From NCBI RefSeq assembly GCF_006345805.1, contig NC_043000.1:51398001-51462000 (forward strand): a DNA stretch of 64,000 bases, read 5' to 3'. Position 1 is the stretch's first letter. The number at the start of each line of letters is the position of its first letter. This stretch comes from Octopus sinensis. Taxonomy: Eukaryota. Both the position numbers and the translations under genes were made by a program. Of this stretch, positions 1 to 12,812 are shown piece by piece. The notes beneath the pieces are model-generated. The model made no database searches. It had not been told where the DNA came from and saw only the letters and a list, made by a program, of their open reading frames with translations.

Positions 1-240
1 AGTCAAACAATTATTTTAAAGGATAAAAAAAAAACGTTTATGCTCAGAGAGAGTTCTAGTTTGGTTACAAATATCTCTCTGAAAGCAAAAAAAAATGTAA
101 AGATGAAGAACATTTTAAAATATATTTAATTGATGGAGACAGCCGTTATAAAATATGTATGATGCTGTTGGTGGTTATGAGGTTGATGCTGATGCACATA
201 ATAATAATGTCCAAACAACAACAACAATGATAATAATAAT

Positions 241-455
241 AGAGAAATTTGTTGGAGAAATCAGGATTGATATGAAGGTAGAACATGTTCAGAAAACTGC
301 TCTATTGGGGACAGTGAGGATTTTTGAGATTGGTACTGGATGTTAAATATTGTAGAAAGAGACACTGTGTGATCCTTCACAACATTTTGTGGTCTGCTCT
401 TATAGAATTAGCTGGAGCGAGTGAAGAGCTCTAAGAAGTGAAATGGAAATAATAA
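241..455 (+). mobile_element. 3' end fragment of an REL-endonuclease (R4/Dong-like) non-LTR retrotransposon
   Basis: Translation EKFVGEIRIDMKVEHVQKTALLGTVRI matches the C-terminal QKxALLGTxRI motif of this clade. The following 3' UTR aligns with the minus-strand copy at ~3370-3490. Flanked by TAA-rich sequence. Confidence 0.7.
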
Positions 456-844
456 TGAAAATAATTTGGTTGACGTATATTGCAAGAGAATATATTCTGG
501 TACATGTTTTACTACAAACAGACATCAATATATTAGCAATATGTTAATCCCAGCAGACGTTGCATATCTCTAAAATGGATTGGAAAAATTGTCCAAAAAC
601 AAAGTTCTGGACATATAGATAACTGAAATGTGAGGAATGAAATGCAAAACCCATAATATAAATATACTGGGAATAATAAAAAGAAACACAAAGCAATATA
701 TATCCCATAGGACAGGATTTATGTGTATATATTATAGGAATTAACATAATTGGGAAGTGTGCACATAATAAATAGTATACAATCAAGATAATAAACACAT
801 TCACATACGCAAACTGCATACGTTTGAACTACAAGGAAGCCTTG

Positions 845-1025
845 ATGTGGTCTTTTGATTTGCTATAAATAACAGCCAAATAAACATCAAATCACACCCT
901 GCCGTGTTAAAAATAGTATGATGCATTGAATAAAGTAGTCCTAGATATAAAATGAAATTTTAAAAAATCAATGGGATGTCCATGATTGGAATGCCTTTGA
1001 TTGACCTGTGACTAAGTGACAAAAA
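845..1025 (+). repeat. Decayed interspersed repeat (family E)
   Basis: Shares motifs (gcta.aaat.acagccaaat, tggaatgccttt) with 16882-17066 (-) and 37561-37745 (+). Confidence 0.5.
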
Positions 1026-1139
1026 CCACTGCACCAATTCACAAAACAAGATTGCATTTAGTTATGCAATGAGAGCATGCATGAGCATTGAAAACGTAAA
1101 TAAATAAACTTTTATTGCAATAATTATAATGGTTACTGA

Positions 1140-1330
1140 TTCAGGTACAAACCAACCATTTTGAGGGGTGGGGTTTAGTCAATGCCATGGACCATAGTAC
1201 ATGACTGGTAGTTTATCAACCTTGATAGGATGAAAGGCAAAGTTGACCTTAACAAAATTTGAACTCAGAATGTAAAGAATTGAAAAAAATACCAGAAAGC
1301 ATTTCCTCCAAACTCTAATGATACTGCCAG
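1140..1330 (-). mobile_element. tRNA-derived SINE family A, decayed
   Basis: Reverse complement contains ttctgagttcaaat (B-box-like) and actttgcctttcatcct, as in the copies at 14899-15665, 44947 and 51888. Confidence 0.7.
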
Positions 1331-2682
1331 TGAATAATAATAATAATAATAATCATAATAATAATAATATGACGGTGATGATGATAGTTATAGAAGGGTT
1401 CAAATTGCTAAAGCATAATTTTTGTGGTATTATCATAGAGATATTTTATTGTATAACAGTTTTTAATCATAGAAGCTTCATTAGAGTAAACACATTTTCA
1501 AGTTGTTACAAAGTAACATGATGATTCCAGTTTTTTTTTTTTTTTTTTTTTCATATTTCACATTTACAAAGAGTAAGAATACTTCTTATTGGTGTAGAAT
1601 TATCAGTCAGCTACATGGGTTTTAGCAACAGATACATATACTTTTAATTTGATTTCTCTACATTTTGGTCATACCCAAATTCACAAGTTCCATCAGAGTA
1701 GTTTTGGTAGTATATGGATTTGATTATTGGATAGTTGTGGAGATGCTAATGAGATTTTTTCATATAGATTCTCTACAAATTGTCTTTTTTTTATTTGCTT
1801 TTATTTCATTTCCAGAAACAGTATTATTTTCTCCTTTATATTTTTACCTTTTTTTTTCTTAGCAAAGAAGCTTGATTAGCTTCCATGTAAATATATAAAA
1901 GTAGACTAGCTTTAACTTTTGCCAATATTTGCAGTCTGTCAGCTCAGACTATGACAGTGATATGGTGGGAGCTTATTGTATACATATGAGTTTATGATTT
2001 GTAACAGCAGGTTTTTCTCAGTAACCATTTACTCACCCCATTTTTTCTTCACGTGTTTCCTTCAATCAACATCTTATAGTTACTATAAATTTTCAGATTG
2101 TTTTTCACTTTTCCTAAGAAAACAATGCTAGTTATTCATACTAGAAACTTGTGCATCAAACAGCAAATATTCTGAGATTATGTAGAGTGTGTTGAATATT
2201 TGATTTTATTCAAGTTTCCATTAACTTTCTACAGTTTGAGATTTTGATGTCAGACCATCCTGTTTGGGATTAACATGGTTAAAGACATGGAATTATCCTC
2301 CAAAATGTTTGGTATTACTAAGCTTATAGAAAATGTCTGCAGATATAAGGTTCTATACCTTTTGACCTTTATGACAGATTCTTTTTGAGATTTTGTACCT
2401 AGTGACTTGTTATGCATTGCTTTTATTATCTATTGCCGTGACTTTACATCCTGTGACTGAACTACTACTACTAGTAGCACTTCAGATTGTTGAAAGTTTG
2501 TCACTTTATGAAAACATTTATTTGAAATTCTTCTAGTAGAACATGTTTATACAAATACTAACAAATATCCTTACTATGTATTCTTTTATATAATAATATT
2601 TAAATTCACTTTAGATGTTATGACTTTGCATTAATTTTGTTTCATATAATAGAAAAATTTTCCAATGTTTAAGTGTTTAATA

Positions 2683-2718
2683 TTATTATTAATATCATCA
2701 TTATTATTATTATTATTA

Positions 2719-2762
<44 letters not shown>
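2683..2762. repeat. (ATT)n/(TAA)n microsatellite
   Basis: Directly visible. Confidence 0.95.
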
Positions 2763-2763
<1 letters not shown>

Positions 2764-2764
2764 G

Positions 2765-2950
2765 TTTGATTTTTGCTTTGTATTTGTACAAGTTGGCTCC
2801 TAGTCTCACCCAGAGACCTCAAGAGACAAGTTAGAAGTTCATGTTGGTGTTATGCCTAGAGGGCCGTATATTTGGTTTTGCACATAGTATTGTTTTAAGA
2901 AGATATAAGAAAATTACGAGTTTGTTTTCAAATTTTAGATTACATAGACT
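2765..2950 (-). mobile_element. Probable 3' UTR fragment of a non-LTR retroelement ending in a (TAA)n tail
   Basis: Non-simple segment between two ATT arrays, within the stack of REL-LINE fragments. Assignment is by context and recall only. Confidence 0.4.
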
Positions 2951-2962
2951 ATTATTATTATT

Positions 2963-3330
2963 GCCTTTGCACAGCTTCTGACACTGGAGATGCACTACAG
3001 TGTCAGCTGTTCACTGCCAGTGAACTAAGGTAACACCCCTTATTTTTGGAGCACCTTCCGGGGTATTCGAGCAGTTCAAGGCAGTGCTGTTTTCTGCAAG
3101 TGCTCAACCTTTATTGCAGTCTTTATTTGTTCCATTACTTCTCAAGATTTTTACTCACAGTTCCCAAGGCTCCGACAATTATTAGTACTACTACAACCTT
3201 TGTCATCAACCACAACTGCTTAACCTCCCAAGCTAACCTGTCATATCTGTTGACTTTTCTTTCTTCCTTATTACATACATTGTTGTCAGCTGGGCATGCT
3301 ATATCTATGAACCAGCATAGTTTGCTTTCT
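2963..3330 (-). mobile_element. REL-endonuclease (R4/Dong-like) non-LTR retrotransposon, 3' fragment
   Basis: Minus ORF 3135-3368 reads CWFIDIACPADNNVCNKEERKVNRYDRLAWEVKQLW..VVLIIVGALG, the typical C-terminal half of the restriction-like endonuclease, followed by VEHLQKTAL. The 3' UTR has two hairpins (ctgacactg..cagtgtcag; gttcactg/cagtgaac). Confidence 0.85.
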
Positions 3331-3369
3331 ATTATTATAATTATAATTATTATTATTATTATTATCATT

Positions 3370-4585
3370 ATTTCACTTCTCAGAGCTCTTTATTTCACTT
3401 GCTCTGACTAATTCTGTAAGAGTGTACTACAACCTGCCGTCAAGGGTCTCATAAAGTGTCTTTCTACTATCTACAATATTTAACATCCCAGTATCAATCT
3501 CAAAATCCTTACTATCTTCAGTAAAGCAGTTTTATGAGCATGTTCTGCCCTCATGTTAACCATAATTTCTACAACAAATTTCTTAAACCTGTTTGTTAAT
3601 GCTCTCAGTGCCCCTACAACTACTGAGATAATGGTTACTTTCTTTATTGCCCACATTCATGTAGTCTCATCTTTTAGTGGCTTGTACTTCTCAATCTTTT
3701 CCTATTCCTTATCATCCACTTGTACATCCCCAGATATAGTAATATCTGTTGTCTTGGTTTCCTTCATCATTTTTATCAACTACAGCAATGTCTGGTCTCT
3801 GAGCATCAGTCACTGAATCAAACTGAATTGTAAAACCCTACAAGATTTATGCTCTACCATTTCAATGTCCTTTCAAGACCTTTCTTCTCATACAATCTCC
3901 AATGTTATCATGCCTCCTCTTGTATTCTTTTTGAACTAATCTATTATACTCACTCACATTATGTGAGATTCTTTTATTTTTGACGCTACGATCCTACAAA
4001 GGAGTGATTCACTACTCTTATCTATTTGGTTCTTGGTGTAATTAGTTCTCAGAGCTTGTTCCTGAGCATTGCATATTAACATTTCAGTGCATCCTTTCCA
4101 TATCACTTTTTCTTTGCAACCTCCAGGTGTTGGTCTAGTCTTACCTTTCCATTTCTCAGAGGTATTGCCCTTGCATTGCTTTGATTTTCCAGTTGTTCAA
4201 TCATTGTTCTCTGTCTTGCTTCTGAAGTTCTTTTCACTCGATGTTGTGCTGCTATTTCTAACAGCAGCAACCAAAGATTCAATCTGGCTGTTTAACACAT
4301 CATCCCAGACTGTTTTCCTCATTGACAACGGATTTTGCATCCTATGAGATCTCTTCTTTTTTTCTAAACACATACAGTCTATCAACATCACTTTTAGGGT
4401 GCAGTTCCTTGTTTCTTGTCATTATTGTCCATCTAACAATACCTGTGCAGCATCACATTAAGGAGACAGCCCATGTATTCATTATACTGGCTTTGTTTTT
4501 ACCATTGAGTTTATTCTCTATAATTAATTTGGTTCTTCTGAGATATTCTCACCTAAAGCTTTCTTTCATCTCACTCTTCCTTATT
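3370..4585 (-). mobile_element. R4/Dong-like non-LTR retrotransposon, ~1.2 kb 5'-truncated and frameshifted copy
   Basis: Minus-strand fragments read KLNGKNKASIMNTWAV, LHPKSDVDRLYV, NAQEQALRTNYTKNQIDKSSESLLCRI (start of the zinc knuckle) and EKIEKYKPL..VVVGALR..KTALL, in the order expected for post-RT, CCHC and REL regions. Multiple stops. Confidence 0.85.
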
Positions 4586-4589
4586 ATTA

Positions 4590-5101
4590 TTGAGTGAGAG
4601 AGCAATGCATGACATCAGAGTAACACTGGGCTACACATATACAAAACCTAATATATCTCTCATGATTATCCATCTGATAAGTGTAGATCAGGCAAATGCA
4701 TCACAACCATATGAGCACAACACGACCTTATATCATGATAAACTTCATATGACCTTGCAGGTAGTGCCCAGTTAGAATTGCCTTCAGGTTGAGTAGTGCA
4801 TCATGCTCAAAAGGTCCCTTAATGAGGGTTTTTTAGGAATGATGAACAAAGCACCCAAGTTTCCAGAGGTGAATTATTCAAACCCTGCATGATGCTCCCC
4901 AACTACTTCTGCATGTGATCAGAAATGCACATATTGTCAGCCACTAAGGATATGATCAACTGGTTTAGGTCAAACAACTGACATGCAAATGTGTGGTACT
5001 GAGCAGAATATTTGCTGTAGCCTGTCTTTTTGTACTAAGACAAATCATGTCCATGATAACACTGCCAATCAGTTAAGATTGCCTAGTACTGCATCAGGGC
5101 A
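4590..5101. repeat. Interspersed ~510 bp repeat bounded by ATT runs
   Basis: Higher-GC block sharply bounded by (ATT)n on both sides. Resembles a common octopus repeat from recall; no coding motif seen. Confidence 0.5.
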
Positions 5102-5116
5102 TTATTATTATTATTG

Positions 5117-5300
5117 AGGCAGTTAGTTGCTCAAATCACTGGCAAGTTGGACAAAATCCTAAGTGACATTATTACTGGCTCCTTTATGTTTGGGGTTCAA
5201 ATGCCACCAAAATCAACTGATCCTTTCTTCCTTTTGTACTTGATATAATAAATACCTGTTGAACATTGGAGCTGATGTAATCATCTTAACCACTTCCTTA
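5117..5300 (+). mobile_element. SINE family A, highly decayed
   Basis: gggttcaaatgccacc..tcctttcttcctt..aaatacctgttgaacattgg aligns with the family A copies. Confidence 0.55.
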
Positions 5301-7698
5301 TGCCAACATTGGCTATCACCATTATTGTTATTATTTTGAGTTTTACCAACTTTAGTATAGATATAAACTGAAAGGTGTCTCTATTTTCTGATATTTTTAT
5401 ATCTTCTTGTTTCCATCTTTAGTAATATATTATAAAGTAATTGCTCTTGCTCTGTTGTTTACAGGGTTTGTTTTTCTATGCATTTTTATCTTTACATTAA
5501 CACTACATGGTTAATATATTGCAGAAGAAAAGAGACATCTTGTTGAAGATATTTGAGAGTTTTAATTCATATTTATGACAAGAAAGGATATTCTGGAATG
5601 TTAAAAATAAAACAGCCAGAAGATTATCCCTATTTGCTCCTCTAAGAAAAATTCACAATTTTAAAGCCAAAATTTCTTTTTTTGCTCACCTAAACCAAAA
5701 CATTTTAAAAATATATTGTTGAAAAATCAATAATTATATAAGTCAGCTAAGTGAATTAAATAAAATGTTAGACATTTTTTTACATGCTTTAACTACACGA
5801 TTTTTATTCCATAGTTTTGCAATTTTATAAGCTAAACCTATGTTTAAGAGTATATACGCCCATGTAAACAAATATGAACATTAAAATATTCAAATTATAC
5901 CATATAATCATAGCACTGACATAGGTTGAGTTAAAACTCTTCATATTAAATCTTGTTGCTATACAAGATTCATTATAGACCTATTATTACTTTTAGAAAA
6001 TTGTTTTCTCAATTTTGATTCAGCAAATAGCTTCACTTTTTCATTTTATTTTTTGATGCATTTGACAAATAAAAACTCTTTGCTGCTTCATACAGTCTAT
6101 TCAGATTAGCTTGTTGTTCTACAGCCCCTACTTAAGGACATAAAACATCAATAAAGCAATAAGCCAGGTACATAAAATGTTCTCCTCTCACTATAGAAAG
6201 GATTTCATCTTGTTTTGTGTGTAGACTTTCTAATATGTTTGTTTCTTTCAATAGAATATTAACTTTTTGAATGTCTCTATTCAGTTGGAAAGTAAATTCA
6301 AAAAGTAGTAAAGAAATTTTCCAAGTACATCTGATATAATTAAAGTTTTCCTTTTTTTTTTTCTATTCTTTAAAATGTTCACCTGTTCTAGTGATTGCCA
6401 CTTTATGCTTTGAAAAGTTGCATTTGTATTTCAGATTAGAATCAAGACTAACAGGTGTTAAATCAAATCACAACCAGCAAGGCAATAACCCTGCATGCGA
6501 AAACCATTGTTCCTGATTTTCCTTTTACTTTTAAATGAAAAACCTCACCAACCAGCACCATGTATTTTTTTTTTCTTTTTTCCATTCCATTTTGATGTAT
6601 GTTGATTCAGTCTGCTTGGTGTTCTTTCTTCAAACCCTCTTCGATTTATATGTTCACAACCAATAGCAAACATTGTTTTCACCCTTTTTCAAATATTAAC
6701 TTCTTGAAAAATTTTCAAACCCACTATCAAGAATTTTAGCTTCCATTAATAAATTGAGGGAACAAAACTTAGAAAAAAGTTTATGAAAGATTTATTTGTT
6801 ATTTTTTTTTTCTAAATTGGAATCCAGTTCAGAATACCAGTTTTTCCATCAATTTAAATACATGCTTCTTTAAGCTCTGATTATTATGGTTGCAATTCTT
6901 ATTAAGTTAGCTAAATTTTAGATTACAGTTCACAAGTTCTGTGCTAAATGTTGACTCTTATCAACTAATCAAAAACAAATTAACTTAAAACTAACATTTT
7001 AATTCAGTTGGATATGAAAGAACAAATAACTGGATAACTGTTGGGCTCTGCAGAAAAACCAATTAATTGTTATACACATGTGTTGCTCATGAAGTTCTGT
7101 AACAGGTGACAAACATTTACTTGTAATTTCATAAACATATTAGAAATAAATCTTTTTGCATTAGGTATGTAGTTAGTGAGAGCCTGATAATTACAGTATG
7201 ATTGTGTATCTCATGCAACGAAGTCATAGTTATGAAAGGTGTAAATATTAATTTTACTAAAATTCTAAATAATTCGACATCATTGCAGGTGATAAACTCC
7301 TAATTTAATAACATAAACAGAAATGTTTTCTACAGTAAGGCCAGTGTTATATTGGTTACTTTTTTTCTAAATTTAATTGAATCCCTATCATACAATTTGC
7401 ACAGAGATATCTTGAATCCAGGTTTTTTGGCAAATTGAACTTAAAGTGATCCTTATTTTAATAACAAAAATAGATTTAAATTACATGAAATTTAGAAATT
7501 ATATATATATATATTCATATATATATTCATATTCTGGAGACAAAGAAATAATTAACACCTGACACCATAAAATTCTAGCTTCTCTAATAGATAGCTGAAA
7601 GAAGAGATTATTTAACCTTGTTCTATATGCCCAGTATACCCAAAGTATATCATATAATTCAGAGGTTGTATTCTGTTTCTTTTTCTGTTTTAACTATT

Positions 7699-7920
7699 TA
7701 TTCTTTTATTCTTTTACTTGTTACACTCATTTGACTTCGGCCATGATGGAGCACTGCCTTTAGTCGAACGGGACTTGTTCTTTGTAAGCCTAGTACTTAT
7801 TCTGTCAGACTCTTTTACTGGACCACTAAGTTACAGGGACTGAAACACATTGATATCTGCCATCAAGCAATGATGGGGAGAGACAAACACAGACACACAG
7901 ACACACACACACACATATGT

Positions 7921-7953
<33 letters not shown>

Positions 7954-8111
7954 ACAGGCTTCTTTCAGTTTTTATCTACCAAATCCACTCTCAAGTCTTT
8001 GCTCAACCTGAAGCTATAGCAGAGGACACTTGCCCAAGGTGCCATGCAGTGGGACTGAACCAGGAACCATGTGGTTGTGAAGCAAGCTTTTTACCTCACA
8101 GCCACGCCTGC
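7699..8111 (-). mobile_element. tRNA-derived CORE-type SINE family B with internal (TA/CA) microsatellite
   Basis: Aligns along its length with 10671-11080. Minus strand has head gtggctgtg.ggta, ggttcagtccc and CORE-like caccttgggcaagtgtc. Confidence 0.85.
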
Positions 8112-9139
8112 TACTTTTTAAAAAAACCCTGCTACTCTGCTTCATTATCCTAGTCAGTCATACATCTGTGCATCATGACATCTATGATAAACAGAGCATG
8201 AAATATTCAAAGATGTTAAAATGAGCACCCAGAATAACACATTAGTTCTTTGATTTCCAGTTTATTAAACTAAAGCATGTAGAATAATATGAATGATTAT
8301 TGAAAGCAATGCACTGATCTTAGCAAAGTGTGACATTACAGTTTAACGTGATGCTGATACTAACTACTAATTTCTCATCTCCACAACATTTTTTTTCTTG
8401 CAAAATAATCAATTACATTCTACTACCATTACTATTACCATGAGTAATATCTTCTATTCTTCACCACCATCTTCATCATAGCCGTGATCATAATCACCGC
8501 CATCAACTTCAGTGTCATATCCATTTCTGTATCAACCTTTTTTACCATTACAGTTGTTATCTCATTCATCATCTCTATTGTTATCATCAGCACAATTATC
8601 AGTGATCTAACAGTACAGTTGGCTACACAGATAAGCTGTTGATTTTTTTTTCCTTTCCCCATTTATTGTGCACTAAGTTTTGCTTGAATAAAGAAGCCTT
8701 CCTCTATTTCATTTTATTCACTTTTGAAATTCTCACATCCAATTTCTCCAAAGTTTTCTTCAGTTATTTTCTTCCATATAATTTTTCTACCCTATTTTGT
8801 AATATCCATTTAACTATTTCCACACTCAAATTTCACCTGTCTCAAGTAACCGAATATTAATAGCTTTCCCTGCAACAACTTGTACTTTTCACATCAAATT
8901 AGTGATCACATTTTAAACTGGTTTTGATTTAACCTGTTATAAATTTTTGCAGAATAAAATAAGTCTAAATTAAGAAATTTCATCACATAAATATAATATC
9001 AAAATTTGTTTCAATTGCAAATAAATGATATGATTCATGCCCATATGTTAATATTTTTTTTGATTATTAAAGAGTTGTACATTATTATTTGCTAATAGTA
9101 ACTCAAATAAAAGATTCTATGATATGGAGTAAAAATGCT

Positions 9140-9410
9140 TAGAGTGTATGTGTGTGTGTGTACGTGCGTGCATGCATGTTCATGTCTGTGTTTGCCCCAC
9201 CACAACCGCTTGATGACTGGTGTTAGCATGTTTATGTCTTCCCATAACTTAGCAGTTCAGCAAAAAAGACCTTTAGAATAAGTGCCTGACTTAATAAAAA
9301 TAATAAGATCTGTGGTTGATTTTTTTGAAACTAAAGTTTCTGAAGGCAGTGTCCCAGCATGGCTGCAGTCAAATGACTGAAACAAGTAAAAGAAAAGATA
9401 AATAAAGATA
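9140..9410 (+). mobile_element. SINE family B, 3' half
   Basis: cccataacttagcagttcagcaaaa...cagcatggctgcagtcaaatgactgaaacaagtaaaaga matches the family B tail. Confidence 0.8.
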
Positions 9411-10670
9411 AAAATAAAATAATGTAAAGATGATTAAATTATATGAATTTAAAAAAGGGAGCATAATTAAAGTAGTATGGAAATTTGTAAGAAGTTTTAA
9501 AGAGTTGCAAAAGATATAGTGAATAGGGAAATAATAAGTAAATCAGGAATGGTTAAATAGAGTGCGGTATTGATCTGTACTGTTGTTCAGTAAGATAATA
9601 ACATGAAGTGAGTGTAATATAACTAGTTAGATATTGATCCATTTTATCAGGTATCTGTGGGATATTTCTGTTTTCTTAGAATGTACTTATTAAAATGGCA
9701 GCATCTAGTAAAACTCCTGATTTTGCATTTAGATAATTTATAAATTTGTTCAAATTTTTTAATAAGTGACTCATTTCAATTACATATAGTTCACATCCTT
9801 TAGTTCACTTTTTATGTGGTCTACATTATTTGAACATCTTTCACTAGATATCAAACTCAGTGGCGTGTTCTTTCAAATCCCAAATGTAAGTGGATAATTT
9901 TGCTGTATTTCTCTTTTCTGTATATAAAAGGAAGTAATCACACACTATATTAAGGATTTACTTTTTCATAGTTTTATGTTTCAAGCTAAATAGTGCATTC
10001 TTCAAAGGGATGTGACTCAAGGGATAACCCTTAATTGATCCATCTATTTAACATAATACTTAGACATAGAAAAAATAATAAACCCTAATGTGTATGCATA
10101 CACACACACAAATTTATATATGGCATATAAAGCTTGCTTACAATAATTACAAAGACATTTTGGACTTTCCTGCCATGAAATATAATTTTCTTTTCATAAC
10201 ATCTTGTTTACTAAGGTCCTGCAGTTACCGAGCAGGAAGTACCTTGGAATGTGTTTCTGTATTCAAAGACTTATAGTGTATTTATTGTAGGCAGACTATT
10301 GTAAAAATTGGCATTATTACAAAAAAGACATAATTTTCTTAATGTAAATAGTTATTTGTACTAACATTAATGTTGTGCAAAGTGTAATTACTAATTACAT
10401 ATTATTAGCTAAAGAAGCAGATGCACTCAAAAACGGTGAATGTTAGTATTAAATTAAGTGCAGTTAGTAACAGACATGGATATTAAAACTTCACAAAACT
10501 ACGCAAATGTTTTTACCTTAACCATTTTGCAGTTTTTTTTATTCTAAAGCTTACAGAGGCAACATATGCAAGAATGCACAAAAGTTTTGATAGGAAAGAA
10601 CTCAAAAACCATATCACAGAAATACTGAATCAAGTGCATTGCTTTTAAAAGTAGATATTACAGAACATAT

Positions 10671-10862
10671 ACTCTTTACACTTTTACTTGTTTCAGTCAT
10701 ATGACTGCGGCCATGCTGGAGCACCACCTTTAGTCGAGCAAATCGACCCCAGGACTTATTCTTTGTAAGCCTAGTACTTAGTCTAACAATCTCTTTTGCC
10801 AAACCGTTAAGTTACGGGGATGCAAACACACCATCATTGGTTGTCAAGCGATTTTGGGGGAA

Positions 10863-10900
<38 letters not shown>

Positions 10901-11080
10901 TATATATACATATATACGATGGGCTTCTTTCAGTTTCCGTCTACCAAATCCACTCACAAGGCTTTCGTCGGCCCGAAGCTATAGTAGAAGACACTTGTCC
11001 AAGGTGCCATGCAGTGGGAATGAACCCGGAACCATGTGGTAGGTAAGCAAGCTACTTACCACACAGCCACTCCTGCGCCT
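10671..11080 (-). mobile_element. SINE family B, full length and CpG-retaining (young)
   Basis: Minus strand: GGCGCAGGAGTGGCTGTGTGGTAAG (A box), GGTTCATTCCC (B-box-like), CACCTTGGACAAGTGTC (CORE-like), microsatellite, tail ..gactgaaacaagtaaaag. Confidence 0.9.
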
Positions 11081-11751
11081 ATATATAAATGATAGTGGAA
11101 AAGTATAACATTTAATCCCTTAAATTTGAAAATTCCTAATTTATTTTAAAACAAATATAAATAAGAGTAGTTCAGTCAGGTGGCATAGGATTGAGAGATA
11201 CATGTGCTGTCAGACAGACATGTGATATTGTGAGTCAAACAAAATCTATCCATGATTTAAGTATCAAATGCATAATGAATTAGTTTGGTATCAGTAGATT
11301 AGTAAATTTATAATAATACATTTAAAAGGGAATATAGAAGTTAACTTCAAACAGTTACAACCTGAGGAAGTAAAAAATAGATTACAAGCTTTCTTATATT
11401 AAAATTGTCAATGGAAGAAATACAAAATACCGTATACATATTTATATATATGTATGTATTCATATCTCTCTCTCTCTCTCTCTATCTATCTATATGTTTA
11501 TGTATGTACGTATGTGCTTGTGTGCATATACATCATTATATATATGTGTATATATATATATATATGCGTATATATATATGTGTGTGTATGTATATATATG
11601 TGTGTGTATATATTTATATGTCTTTGCTGTGAGAATGTGTACTAGTATATGTGTAGATATATATGCATATGTCTATGACTATATATTCCCACCTATGTAT
11701 GTATGTATTTGAATATATATTTGTGTGTTTGTATGTATATGTATATATTTA

Positions 11752-11798
<47 letters not shown>

Positions 11799-11799
11799 G

Positions 11800-12032
11800 A
11801 ACAATTGAAGCATGGAAGGTGTTTATAAGCCATTTTAAAAACACACAAAAACCGTTATTCACTTCAACATCTAAATTTAATTTGTCAGAATATTTTCATC
11901 ACTTTGTAACCACGACCTGCTCACTGAAAAAATTCTGTGCTTAAATGGCTTATAAACACCTTCCATGCTGCAATTGTTTTTGTTTCAGCACACGGTCTCA
12001 GAACAGGTCACTTACTATGCAAGTACATCTCC

Positions 12033-12036
<4 letters not shown>
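11800..12036. mobile_element. (TA)n-flanked fold-back repeat (two oppositely oriented pieces of one family), Penelope pLTR/retrozyme-like
   Basis: 11800-11838 is the reverse complement of 11941-11978. 11800-11940 matches 20340-20483 directly, and 11941-12036 matches 20283-20378 in reverse. Confidence 0.8.
11881..11931 (-). ncRNA. Candidate minimal hammerhead ribozyme, G3-C8 variant (copy 1)
   Basis: Minus strand: TTTTTCA GTGAGCA G GTCGT ggttacaaa GTGAT GAA AATATT C TGACAAA = stem I, core, extra nt, stem II, GAA, palindromic stem III, H17, stem I. Confidence 0.55.
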
Positions 12037-12100
<64 letters not shown>

Positions 12101-12619
12101 GTATATATATTTATGTGTATGTATACATTTGTGATTTTTCTATGTATATAATGTTTATATTTGCACATCGAATATCTGAGCGTGTGTATGTGTGTGAATA
12201 TGAATATAAATACGTTACATTTTATAGGACTTTCTATTTCTGTTAACATGTCTGTTTGATGAGTTTGTTATATATATCCTTCCTGATGAGATTGATGCAT
12301 TGCTGACCATAATTTATCCTGTCGGACATTTTTCTAGTTCATCCATAGAAGCATATGTAGAAGTATTCTAGATATAAATGGTTTAAGATTCCGAGCATTT
12401 GTCTCCTTATACAATTTTCCTATTTTCTACTAAATATGACTTACTATCCTGGAATTAAATCCTGGGACATTTAAGCAACATTTATGTTTTCTTGAAATAA
12501 ATGGTGATTGTAGAACACCCCATGCACATGCATGTTCACACACACATGCACACATACACACACATACAGTATCAAACATCAGATGAAATGGATGTGTGTG
12601 TGAAAGAGAGAGAAGGGAT

Positions 12620-12812
12620 GTGTTGTCATGTATATGTGCATACATAAGTAAATATGCATACAACTTTTTGTATGTGTGTGTGAGAGAGAGTAAATGCCTC
12701 TTACACATCACTCTCTCTCTTTCTTTCTCTCTCACACATATATGTGTGCACAGATGCATACAAAAAAGATGTATGCATATATATTAATGTATGTACATAT
12801 ACATGACAACAC
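12620..12812. repeat. Local inverted duplication (~55 bp arms) embedded in GA/TC and CA repeats
   Basis: 12620-12674 vs reverse complement of 12757-12812, roughly 85-90% identical by eye. Confidence 0.8.

Noticed and set aside
6435-6516. Possible terminal exon after tttgtatttcag (LESRLTGVKSNHNQQGNNPACENHCS*)
   Set aside because: Only 26 codons, no recognisable homology and no supportable upstream exon.
12283-12340. CTGATGAG motif near the hammerhead repeat
   Set aside because: No stem II partner or GAAA downstream.
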